Assembly: GCA_963768715.1 (NCBI GenBank)
Contig: CAVYJC010000010.1
Coordinates: 151,458 to 215,457 of the forward strand
Direction of reading: 5' to 3'
Source: an uncultured Bacteroidota bacterium
Lineage (GTDB): Bacteria; Bacteroidota; Rhodothermia; Rhodothermales; DATKEJ01
Length of the DNA stretch: 64,000 nt
Shown here: in pieces, positions 54,811 through 63,684 of the stretch
How the letters are laid out: each line of letters opens with the position of its first letter
Numbering within the stretch: the first letter of the stretch is position 1
Program-made: the position numbers and the translations under genes
The notes under the pieces: generated by a model
Databases searched by the model: none
What the model saw: the letters and a program-made list of their open reading frames with translations, nothing else
What the model was told of the DNA's origin: nothing

Positions 54811-55004
54811 CGTCAAGAATGCGCTCGCCGGATTCAACCCGGAGTATATGCAGGGTGTTGGCGGGTTCAGCCGATAGCGCGGCGGACATGCCGCCGACGA
54901 GCGGCGCGGAGGCGTCAATATGCGTCGAGTAGCTGTAAGCGCGTTCGCGGCGTGCAGGGCCGACGTTGGTCGCGGGGCTATCGAAGCGTTTCCACTTGAA
55001 GACA

Positions 55005-55331
55005 TTAGGCTTGCAGTAACCGTCGCTGCAGCAATGCCTGCATGTCGCGGCGGCCGTCGGCAATCACCATGACATAAACGTTTTCAGCCATGACCCGGTA
55101 AATGATGCGGTAGGGTTTGAATAAGATCTCACGGTATTCGCGAAGCCCGACGACCAGTAATTCCTTCGGATAGGCTCCTCGTTCCGGGTTTTCAGAGAGG
55201 CTCGAAAAGGCCTTCTCTATTTGATCGAGAAGGTAATCCGCTTTTCGCGGCGCGTCGTGAGACTCGATGTGATCGTACAATTCTTCCAAGTCCCGGGACG
55301 CATCGTCGGTCAGGAATACCTGGAAGTTCAT
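55005..55331 (-). CDS. parE: type II toxin, ParE/RelE family
   Basis: 108 aa with 'A..DLEELYDHI' and 'YRIIYRV..ENVYVMVIADGRRD'. It overlaps the antitoxin stop by 1 nt. Confidence 0.8.
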   Translation of the reverse strand: MNFQVFLTDDASRDLEELYDHIESHDAPRKADYLLDQIEKAFSSLSENPERGAYPKELLVVGLREYREILFKPYRIIYRVMAENVYVMVIADGRRDMQALLQRRLLQA

Positions 55332-55612
55332 CAGCGCCTCTTGCCCCGGTCTCGAAGTCGCTGAACGACATCCCCGGCCGGCTGGACCTTGCCTTCCTCA
55401 ATCTGACGCGTGCCAAGCGCAAGAATCTTCAGGAGAGCCATGGTCTCCTGAGTTTGCTCGTAGCTTTCGATGCCCTGCATCACGACCTTGGCTTCGCCGT
55501 TCTGGGTGATGACCAGGGGTTCGGCCTGGGCCTTTAGATTGCGCACGATTTCTGCGGCATGGGCCTTCAGGTAACTGATCGGCTTGATTTGACTCGATAG
55601 TTTCACAACCAT
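55331..55612 (-). CDS. type II antitoxin, Phd/YefM family
   Basis: The 93-aa product from the ATG at 55612 ('ISYLKAHAAEIVRNL...PLVITQNGEAKVVMQGIESYE') fits the family. Confidence 0.8.
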   Translation of the reverse strand: MVVKLSSQIKPISYLKAHAAEIVRNLKAQAEPLVITQNGEAKVVMQGIESYEQTQETMALLKILALGTRQIEEGKVQPAGDVVQRLRDRGKRR

Positions 55613-55677
55613 CCTCTTTGTATGACCAAATATAGTCCGAAAACAGGTCAACAACGAATCTGAAACGCTACGGACCA

Positions 55678-56673
55678 ATGAGAATGAAGGTCCTATTCAT
55701 CGGCGGCACCGGCATCATCAGCTCGGCCTGCAGCCAGCTCGCCGTCGAAAACGGAATCGATCTCTACCTCCTGAATCGAGGCACATCCTATCGTCCGTTC
55801 CCGAATCGGCAACGGTGCTGCACGCGGATTTCTATGATCACGACTCGGTGCGTTCACTGCTCGGATCGCAGCGTTTCGACGTCGTGGTGGACTGGATCGC
55901 CTACGCGCCCGATCGCATCGAAGCCGACCTCGAGCTTTTCAGAGATCGGACCGACCAGTACATATTTATCAGCTCCGCCTCAGCCTACCAGACCCCTCCC
56001 GAATCCCTGCCGGTGACGGAGTCGACGCCACTCGACAATCCGTTCTGGGAGTATTCGCAGAAACAAGATCGCCTGCGAGGAGAGGCTGATGCGGGCTTAC
56101 CGCGACGAAGGTTTCCCCGTCACGATCGTACGGCCGTCGCATACGTACGACCGAACCTCCATCCCCCTGCACGGCGGCTACACAGCCATCGATCGCATGC
56201 GAAAAGGCAAGAAGATCGTCGTGCACGGCGACGGAACTTCGCTGTGGGTCATGACGCACCATCGGGACTTTGCAAAGGGATTTGTCGGATCTGCTCGGCA
56301 ACCCACGATGCGATCGGCGAAGCCTTTCACATCACGTCCGACGAGGTCCTTACCTGGAACGCGATCGTCGAGCTGCTGGCGCGTGCGGCCGGCACGGAAG
56401 GCTGATGTTGTGCACATCCCGTCCGATACGATCGCTCGATTCGACAAACATTGGGGGGATAGCCTGCTGGGTGACAAGGCGCACTCGATGGTATTCGACA
56501 ACACGAAGATCAAGAGGCTCGTGCCGGACTTCGAGGCTACTATTCCTTTCTCGAAAGGCGTAGAGGAGATCATTGCCTGGTACGATGCGGATCCGGCACG
56601 GCAGGTCGTCGATGAGCGCGTCGACGAAGTGATCGATCGGCTCATCGAAAGGTGGGAATCAGCCTGGTCATGA
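55678..56673 (+). pseudogene. NAD-dependent epimerase/dehydratase pseudogene with about five frameshifts
   Basis: 'KVLFIGGTGIISSA' (Rossmann), 'YIFISSASAY', 'YSQK' (YxxxK), 'VTIVRPSHTY' and 'AFHITSDEVLTWN' are spread over three frames. The breaks are near 55785-55805, 56061-56068, 56287-56291, 56301-56307 and 56397-56401. Confidence 0.8.
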
Positions 56674-56705
56674 GTCATTTCCACGCCCGTCCGTCCCAAC
56701 CCGGC

Positions 56706-57434
56706 ATGAATAGAGTCCGTATCGGCATCATCGGCGACTACGACGCAGACAAGCGGTCGCACCGGGCGACAGGCGTCGCGATCATCCATGCCGCCGACGC
56801 CCTCGGCGTTTCGTGCGAATCGACCTGGATGCCGACGAAACAGCTCGAGGCCGATGCAAACCGTCTGTTGGAGCGTTTTGACGGTCTGTGGTGCGCTCCG
56901 GGAAGTCCTTACCGGAGCCTGACCGGAGCGCTAGAGGCCGTTCGATTTGCCAGGGAGGCGCAACGACCGTTCCTGGGAACCTGCGGCGGTTTCCAGCACG
57001 CCGTGCTCGAGTATGCGCGGAACGTTCTCGGACTCGAAGATGCCGCCCATGCGGAATACGATCCCTACGCATCGAATCTCTTTGTTACTCGCCTGGCTTG
57101 TTCGTTGAAGGGCAGGAAGATGCACGTCTCGGTGCTGCGCGACTCTCATGCTTTTGCAGCCTACGGAGTTCAGGACGTAGAGGAAGAATACTACTGCGAC
57201 TTTGGAATCGATTCGGCCCATCAAAGGCTGCTCAACGAGGGCGGATTGAGGACCTGCGGAACAGATCAGGACGGGGAAGCGCGAATCGTGGAATTGCAGA
57301 ACCATCCTCACTTCGTGGCAACGCTCTTCGTTCCCCAGGTGAATTCGGAGCGAGGCAGACCGCACCCGCTGATTACCGGATTTCTGAAGGCGGCCGTTTC
57401 TTGTTCGGAAAGTACAACGGAAAGGTTGAAGTAG
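56706..57434 (+). CDS. class I glutamine amidotransferase-like protein (CTP synthase C-terminal-domain-related)
   Basis: 'RIGIIGDY', the nucleophile elbow 'FLGTCGGFQHAVLEYARNVLG', and 'HPHFVATLFVPQ'. The start was set at the ATG at 56706. Confidence 0.7.
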   Translation: MNRVRIGIIGDYDADKRSHRATGVAIIHAADALGVSCESTWMPTKQLEADANRLLERFDGLWCAPGSPYRSLTGALEAVRFAREAQRPFLGTCGGFQHAVLEYARNVLGLEDAAHAEYDPYASNLFVTRLACSLKGRKMHVSVLRDSHAFAAYGVQDVEEEYYCDFGIDSAHQRLLNEGGLRTCGTDQDGEARIVELQNHPHFVATLFVPQVNSERGRPHPLITGFLKAAVSCSESTTERLK

Positions 57435-57497
57435 GCCTGATCGATTTTTCAGATATTCTCTGAACTGATTGCCGTATTTCTCTCAGTACTGGATCCC

Positions 57498-58121
57498 GTG
57501 TGCCCAAGATGGCAAATCGTGACGGTCATCCTCGTCACGTTCACGTTCGTGGCCAGCTGTTCCGACAGCACGGAGCCGAACAATTCCGCTGACGAATGCG
57601 GTCCCTTTGGAAACTGGACTCAATCTCCCTTTGTTCTCCCGTATCCGGTCGGAGAGAGCTACGTGGTCAATCAGGCCAACTGCTCAGGTGAGGGTCATAG
57701 CGGCTTCTGGAAGCATGGCTACGACTTCATCATGGACATCGGCACCATCGTAACGGCGAGCCGAGAGGGGCGGATCGGCTGGGCCAGAGACGGCTGTCCG
57801 GACTACCAAACGGCTTGCACCAACCTCATCACCATCATACACGATGACGGCTTGGTATCCGTGTACTCCCATTTGACGAACCACGGCGTACTCGTCTCAC
57901 CGGGGCAAATGGTCCAGGCCGGGGACACCATTGGATTAAGCGGCGTAACGGGCAACACGGGGGGCCTCCCGCATTTGCACTTCTCTGTTCACCCGTGCAA
58001 TGAGCTCCCGGGTCTGCTGAACGCCGGCGACTGTCCCAGCCTTCCAGTCAACTTCCGAAACACGGAGCCGAACCCGTCCGGGCTAGTCGCGAGGCGGTCG
58101 TATGCGGCCGAGCCGTACTGA
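57498..58121 (+). CDS. M23-family metallopeptidase lipoprotein
   Basis: It has the lipobox 'FVASCS', the HxxxD region 'GHSGFWKHGYDF', 'YSHL' and the HxH motif 'PHLHFSVH'. Confidence 0.8.
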   Translation: MCPRWQIVTVILVTFTFVASCSDSTEPNNSADECGPFGNWTQSPFVLPYPVGESYVVNQANCSGEGHSGFWKHGYDFIMDIGTIVTASREGRIGWARDGCPDYQTACTNLITIIHDDGLVSVYSHLTNHGVLVSPGQMVQAGDTIGLSGVTGNTGGLPHLHFSVHPCNELPGLLNAGDCPSLPVNFRNTEPNPSGLVARRSYAAEPY

Positions 58122-58217
58122 CGATGAGCGGCTCGCGGGGCAGTCATTCGGGATACCCGGACATAGCCGTTGTCACTATCATAAGACAGCCACATTCCTC
58201 ACACGACAGATTCACTC

Positions 58218-59309
58218 ATGCAAAGGCGCGATTTTGTCCGACGATCCCTCCTGACCGCGTCGGGCGCATTGGCTGCCGGCTGCGGCTTGAAGCAAGAACA
58301 GGAACCTCCGAATGTTCTCACCTCGCCATCCATCCGCTGGCGACTTGCCTCCAGCTTTCCCAGTGCGGTGGATACGCTCTGGGGTGCAGCGACGCAGCTT
58401 GCGGCCCGCGTCGGCGAGCTCACGGAAGGCAAGTTCCAGATTCAGGCGTTTCAAGCGGGCGAACTCGTGCCGGCGCTGCAGGTTTTCGACGCCGTCAGCG
58501 GCGGTTCGGTTGATGCGGGTCATACGGCCTCGCATTACTACGGTGGGAAGAACTCCGCCCTCGGCTTCGACACCGGCTTACCGTTCGGACTCAACAGCAG
58601 GCAACAGATCGCCTGGTTGAACGACGCCGGCGGCCGCGAATTGATCAACGAATTGTTGGCGGACTTTTCCATACGCTCCTTCTCGGGCGGTTGCACGGGA
58701 GCGCAGGCGGGAGGCTGGTTCAAGCGTCGCATATCCAGTCTCGACGACCTCAAGGGACTGAAATTCAGGATGCCGGGGATCGGGGGTGAAGTGCTCAGCA
58801 GGATGGGAGCATCGATTCAGGTAACACCCAGCGCGGAGATCTATCTCGCGCTCGAAACGGGCGCCATCGATGGATGCGAGTTCGTCGGACCCTATGACGA
58901 CGAGAAGCTGGGATTCTACAAAGCGGCGAAATACTACACGTTCCCCGGTTGGCACGAGCCCGGCCCGACATCCACGTTTTATGTCAACGAGTCCGCCTGG
59001 CAGAAACTACCGCATCACTACCAGACCGCCTTTGAAGTCGCAGCCGCGGAAGCGAGTGCTGACATGCTGAGCAAGTACGACGCCAAGAATGCGGCGGCGC
59101 TACGGCGGCTGCTCGAGAAGGGAGTCACGCTGGTCCACTATCCCGAAGACGTACTAACGACCGCCCGGCGAATCGCCTTCGAATATTACGATGAGCTTTC
59201 GAACGAGAATCCGGCGTTCCGAAAAATCTACAGCGCGTGGAAGGACACGCGTGCGGCGACGGGTGCGTGGCTGCAGCTGTCGGAGCTGGATCAGAAGCTT
59301 TTGTCTTGA
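58218..59309 (+). CDS. TRAP transporter substrate-binding protein (DctP-type), Tat signal, no adjacent membrane components
   Basis: It has a twin-arginine signal 'MQRRDFVRRSLL' and a lipobox-like 'LAAGCG', plus 'LKGLKFRMPG' and 'GAIDGCEFVGPYDD'. Confidence 0.8.
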   Translation: MQRRDFVRRSLLTASGALAAGCGLKQEQEPPNVLTSPSIRWRLASSFPSAVDTLWGAATQLAARVGELTEGKFQIQAFQAGELVPALQVFDAVSGGSVDAGHTASHYYGGKNSALGFDTGLPFGLNSRQQIAWLNDAGGRELINELLADFSIRSFSGGCTGAQAGGWFKRRISSLDDLKGLKFRMPGIGGEVLSRMGASIQVTPSAEIYLALETGAIDGCEFVGPYDDEKLGFYKAAKYYTFPGWHEPGPTSTFYVNESAWQKLPHHYQTAFEVAAAEASADMLSKYDAKNAAALRRLLEKGVTLVHYPEDVLTTARRIAFEYYDELSNENPAFRKIYSAWKDTRAATGAWLQLSELDQKLLS

Positions 59310-59393
59310 GACGACCCAGCTAATCGAACTCGCTCAGTCTGCTTTCGAGCCGGCTACAGAGGGCGAACCGGAGGCAAGTTCAAACGTCGGCGC

Positions 59394-60182
59394 TCAAGAC
59401 GTGGCTTTGACAGATGCACTACGCGAAGCGAAATACCAGGTGTGTCCCTCGGGGTCGCGTGCGCCATAGCGCCGGTCGCCGTAAGGCTGATCAGCCGGTT
59501 CCTCCAGGATTTCGGCGTCGGCGGCGCGGGCCCGCTCGCAGTGCTGATCCAGGTTGTCGATATAGACATACAGGCTCTGGGTAACGTGGCCCACGTGCCT
59601 GGGATTGAGAAATTCGCCCTGAGGAGTACCCATCATGACCACCGCTCCGTCGAGGGTCATCTCAGCATGACTCACAGCTCCAGCGGCATCCCTGACCGCA
59701 TGGCGTTCAACCATCCCGAACGCTCTTGCGAGCCATTCCATCATGGCCCCGGTGTCCTCGTAGTTAATGTAGGGCGTGATGCGGGAGTAGCCGGCCGGCG
59801 GATTGGCCGGGTGACCGCTCCCTTCATCCGGCGGAGGGGCATTGAAGAAGGGGCGGGGATCATAGAAAGTTTCCAAACGGGCGATCTTCTGCCCCCGGAG
59901 TGTGAACCACTGGGCGTAAGACACAGACCCGAATGGGCCGCTCACGGTGACGAGCGCCGAGACATACCGGCCCTGTTCGATGATCTCGCGGATCTCGGCG
60001 TACATCTCCAATTCGGTCCCGAGAGCCTTCAGTTGGTTGACGTAATCGTCCGCGCCATCGGCAGACATGAGCGGATCGCGAAAGGTAAAGTCGTCCGTAA
60101 TCCATTCCCGGACCGCCGAGTGGTCGGCCTTTCCGGAGAAGAACTGCTGGAAGTAGCTGCGCACGAATTCGAGATTTGACAT
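59394..60182 (-). CDS. NTF2/SnoaL-like domain fused to a VOC (glyoxalase/bleomycin-resistance) domain
   Basis: The N-terminal ~115 aa are SnoaL-like ('FVRSYFQQFF...DDFTFRDP'). The C-terminal ~130 aa are VOC-like ('ITPYINYED...HAEMTLDG.VVMMG', 'YGDRRYGARDPEGHTWYF'). Confidence 0.65.
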   Translation of the reverse strand: MSNLEFVRSYFQQFFSGKADHSAVREWITDDFTFRDPLMSADGADDYVNQLKALGTELEMYAEIREIIEQGRYVSALVTVSGPFGSVSYAQWFTLRGQKIARLETFYDPRPFFNAPPPDEGSGHPANPPAGYSRITPYINYEDTGAMMEWLARAFGMVERHAVRDAAGAVSHAEMTLDGAVVMMGTPQGEFLNPRHVGHVTQSLYVYIDNLDQHCERARAADAEILEEPADQPYGDRRYGARDPEGHTWYFASRSASVKATS

Positions 60183-60368
60183 TTAGAATCCCCATCTGGT
60201 GGCGCGCAATAGGCTCTTAGGAGACTGTTGCACCAGTTGCGCGAGTGAGAGTACTGTCAGGATGATCGCGGGTATCTTCATTGGCATCGCTCGAAGAAAT
60301 CTACGGTTGCAAAGTCGGCGGTGGTATTAGGCAGGTTGAACCGACAAGGTAGTAGTTTGACTCGCGTT

Positions 60369-60426
60369 CTGCGGCTCGCCCGGGCGAACCTGGAACCTGG
60401 AACGTGGAACCATGAACGAGCCGCAG
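60369..60426. repeat. perfect 10-bp inverted repeat enclosing five GAACNNN heptamers; possible terminator of the permease gene
   Basis: CTGCGGCTCG (60369-78) pairs with CGAGCCGCAG (60417-26). Between the arms, with the last unit overlapping the right arm, lie gaacctg gaacctg gaacgtg gaaccat gaacgag (60386-60420). The element lies 5 nt beyond the stop at 60431. Confidence 0.8.
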
Positions 60427-60430
60427 GCTC

Positions 60431-62756
60431 CTACCCCATAAAGCTCTTGAACAGCGACCGGGCCGTCCCTTCGTAGCGCTTGACCACCAGAACGGAGGTC
60501 GGTGAATAGCGGGCGACCTTTTCCGCAACCTCGCCAACCAGGTGCTGCCGGAAAAAGGGCTCTTTGGCAGCCCCGATGACGACGAGATCGAAGTCGCGGC
60601 TTGCCTTCGCGATGCCGCCGGCGACAGAAGTGGATTCGATCAGACGTTTCTCCTCGATCAACGCGCTGTCGACATGCGTGGTCGTCTTGTCGATCCACTG
60701 TTCAGCTTTGAAGCGCTCTTCCTGCGTCGCGTCCGGAGAAACGACGTAACCCGCCGTGATCTTCATGTGGGAGGCCTTCCCCAGGATATTGAGGAGGTCG
60801 GCGGCCAGTTGCGCGTGCGGTCCGCCTGAAGTTGGAAGCAGACAACGTCGAAACGCGTGCGAATCGCCGATCTTGAACAGGAGGAGATCGCACGGAGCGT
60901 GCCGCACGACGCGGTCGACCACCTCACCGAAGACGCGCTCTCGCGTGTTGGTAAAGCCTTTCCAGCCCATAACCAGGAGGTCGGCGTCGTGCAGTTTGGT
61001 GGTCTCCAGTATCCCCTCGTGGATATTGTGGGCAATGACAGTCCCCGTTTCCATTTCGATGTGGTGCCGGTTTCCATATTCCCTGGCCATCCGAAGCAGC
61101 GGTTCGTGGTGGTGCGCAAACCTCATGCCTTCATGAATGCCAAGCTGCCGGGGCACGTGAACAACCGTCGTAGCCACAATTCGCCCCCCGCGCGCCTCGG
61201 CAAGCGGCCGCGCTATGTCGAGCAGCATCTCCACCGTGTCGGGATTGTGCAGCGGCACGACGACTGTGTAAACCTGTCTCACTTCGACCCGGGCGAGTGA
61301 TGGAACGAGAACCTGCGGCTCGATCTCGGTGGCCACCTTTTCGAAATAGCCGAAATAGAGGAGGAGACCGACCGTGATCCATCCGGCGGTCACGTACCAG
61401 GCAATCGGCTGGAAATTGAACTGGTAAAGGGCAAGGAAGACGTTCAGCACGATCCCCAGAATCGGAGTAATAGGATAGAAGGGAACCCGATACTTGCGCT
61501 CCAGGTCGGGCGCCTTCCTGCGGAGCGCGATTACTGAGAGATTCACCAGAGAAAATGTCAGGAGGAAGATCAGGCTCGCCGCCGATCCAACCGCCTCGAT
61601 CGGCAGGGTAAGCGCCATTCCGAGAAGAATGACCGTGGTCACGATGATAGCGACCTGGGGGGTCCTCCGTGTGGGATGAATCCTCGACAACTCCGGAGGC
61701 AGCCACCTGTCCCTCGCCATCGAGAAGGCAACCCGCGAGGAGGCCAGGACGGTCGCATTCAGAGCGGACATCGTGGAGAGTAGCCCACCGATCACGATGA
61801 GTGCCACGCCAAACACCGGCATGAAGTCCTCGGCGGCTCGAACAATCGCCGTCTCCTTGTAACGGCCCAGAAACTCCCAGGTGGTCCCCGATTCGGGACT
61901 GACTGCGCCCAGTGACACGAACAGGATCAGCAGGTACATCGTGATCGTAATCCCGAGCGCGATGAACGTGGCGCGCGGAATGTTCCTCTCCGGTTCTTTG
62001 ATCTCCTCGGCGACGGTGGCGATCAGGTCGTAGCCTTCGAAGGCAATGAATGTGAGCCCCATGGCCACCAGAACACCACCTCCCCCCATAGGAAAGAAGG
62101 GCTTGAAGTTTGCCGCGGCCTCCGAAGGCGCCCCGAACACCTTCTCCAATCCGTAGAAGACAAAGATGGCCAGGACGATGAGCTTGGCCATCGTGAGCGT
62201 GTTCTCGGCCTTGCCCGTGACTTCCGCTCCACGGATGTTCAGCAAGGCGAATCCGATGCCAACCATCAGCGTCACGATCAGCACGGGCGCGTGGTGACCA
62301 ACCGCTCCGAAGACGAGGCCCGACACACCGGGCAGGTATTTGTGGAAGACCTCCCAGAAGTAGCCGGCAAACCCAAGTGCGTACAGGCTGCAGGCAACGG
62401 TGTATGCGAACCAGAGCATCCACCCGGCCGTGAATCCCAGCGCGCCGGGAAAGGCCATTCGAACGTAGGAGTATCCGCCGCCGGCTCGCGGAATGGCCGA
62501 GGCCAAGCTCCGCGTAGGCAAACGCCGTCAACAGCGTCACGAAGCCGTTCAAAGCGAAAGCCAGGATAGAGGCGGGTCCGGCTACTCCGGCGGCAATACC
62601 GGTAAGCACGAAGATGCCCGCACCGATCATGGCTCCGACGCCGAGCATGGTGGCATCGAAGAGCCCGAGATCACGAGCAAACGTAGGCTCTTTGACTTGG
62701 CCTTTGTTCGCGTTCTTGTCGGAGAATTGCTGCTGCGGCATTCCGGTCTTCAGCAC
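60431..62756 (-). pseudogene. APC-family amino-acid permease fused to two USP domains, interrupted by a 1-nt frameshift (or an assembly indel)
   Basis: The first ~80 aa ('GLFDATMLGVGAMIGAGIFVLTG...LTAFAYAEL') are in the frame of 62756. The rest ('ASAIPRAGGGYSYV...') is in the 696-aa ORF. The junction is at ~62500-62508, and the C-terminus carries two UspA-like domains. Confidence 0.8.
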
Positions 62757-62953
62757 CTATGAGAGGGCATTCGCAGAAGTGAACAGTTCACCACAGATCA
62801 AGAAGAAACGCTTTTGCTTGGCCCCGAAGGTAACGGACACGGGGCGAATCGTCCAATTCTGTCGGAGCCGCGCAGCAGAAGGGACTCCGAAACCAGATCT
62901 GATCCGTGACGTTATAACGCTATAACGTCTACTTCGCAATAATATACTCGGCC

Positions 62954-63190
62954 ATGCCTTCTACAAATTCAAAGCGCGCCACAATCTATTTCGATCCAGA
63001 ATTACATCGGGCACTTCGGCTGAAATCCGCCGAGACCGAGCATTCAATGTCTGAGCTTGTCAATGATGCGGTCCGCCTGTTGCTGGCCGAAGATGCCGAA
63101 GATCTGACGGCGCTGCGCGAACGTGTCGCGGAGCCAACGATTTCGTTCGAGGACTTTGTGGCCGATCTCAAGTCACGTGGGAAACTCTAG
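62954..63190 (+). CDS. ribbon-helix-helix antitoxin
   Basis: 78 aa with 'ATIYFDPELHRALRLKSAETEHSMSELVNDAV' (RHH pattern). It overlaps the toxin start. Confidence 0.7.
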   Translation: MPSTNSKRATIYFDPELHRALRLKSAETEHSMSELVNDAVRLLLAEDAEDLTALRERVAEPTISFEDFVADLKSRGKL

Positions 63191-63446
63191 CCCCTATCGC
63201 GTCGAGATCAAGCGTTCCGCGGCGAAAGAGATCGAAGCCATCGGCCGGCTGGGGGATCGTCAACGTGTGGTTGCCCGAATCATGCGGCTGGCTGACGATC
63301 CTCGACCGTCGGGTTGCACCAAGCTGGCTGGAAGCGGGGTCTATCGTATTCGCCAGGGAAACTACCGCATCGTTTACACGATAGCGGATGATCTTCTGAT
63401 TGTCGAGGTGATACGAGTCGGTCATCGGCGAGATGTGTACCGATAG
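63177..63446 (+). CDS. relE: type II toxin, RelE/ParE family
   Basis: 'YRVEIKRSAAKEIEAI', 'DPRPSGCTKLAGSG.YRIRQGNYRIVYTI.DD.LIVEVIRVGHRRDVY'. The GTG at 63177 overlaps the antitoxin by 14 nt. Confidence 0.8.
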   Translation: MGNSSPYRVEIKRSAAKEIEAIGRLGDRQRVVARIMRLADDPRPSGCTKLAGSGVYRIRQGNYRIVYTIADDLLIVEVIRVGHRRDVYR

Positions 63447-63684
63447 GTCAACAGGCGCCTGGTATGGCACCATCGATGGTGTAGGATCGGGACGCACAGC
63501 GATCATGACAGTTTACTTGCCATCTCCAGGCATTCTACACCGGGCAACTCCTGCGGACGCCGCCCAAACGGCGTTGATTTCAGCGACGGCGGCATCTACA
63601 TTGCAACTCCCAACCGAACCCAAAGCGGCGGCGCTGATGCCGAAAACGGTATCCGCCACCCTCCGGAAGCACTGGAGACTAGAA

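Noticed and set aside
54809-54877. Possible frameshifted C-terminal extension of the ABM-domain gene (…VYGAPDSDVKNALAGFNPEYMQGVGGFSR*)
   Set aside because: The 97-aa product as annotated is already a plausible full-length ABM domain. The extension is suggestive but I cannot confirm it without an alignment. It is mentioned only under the global frameshift pattern.
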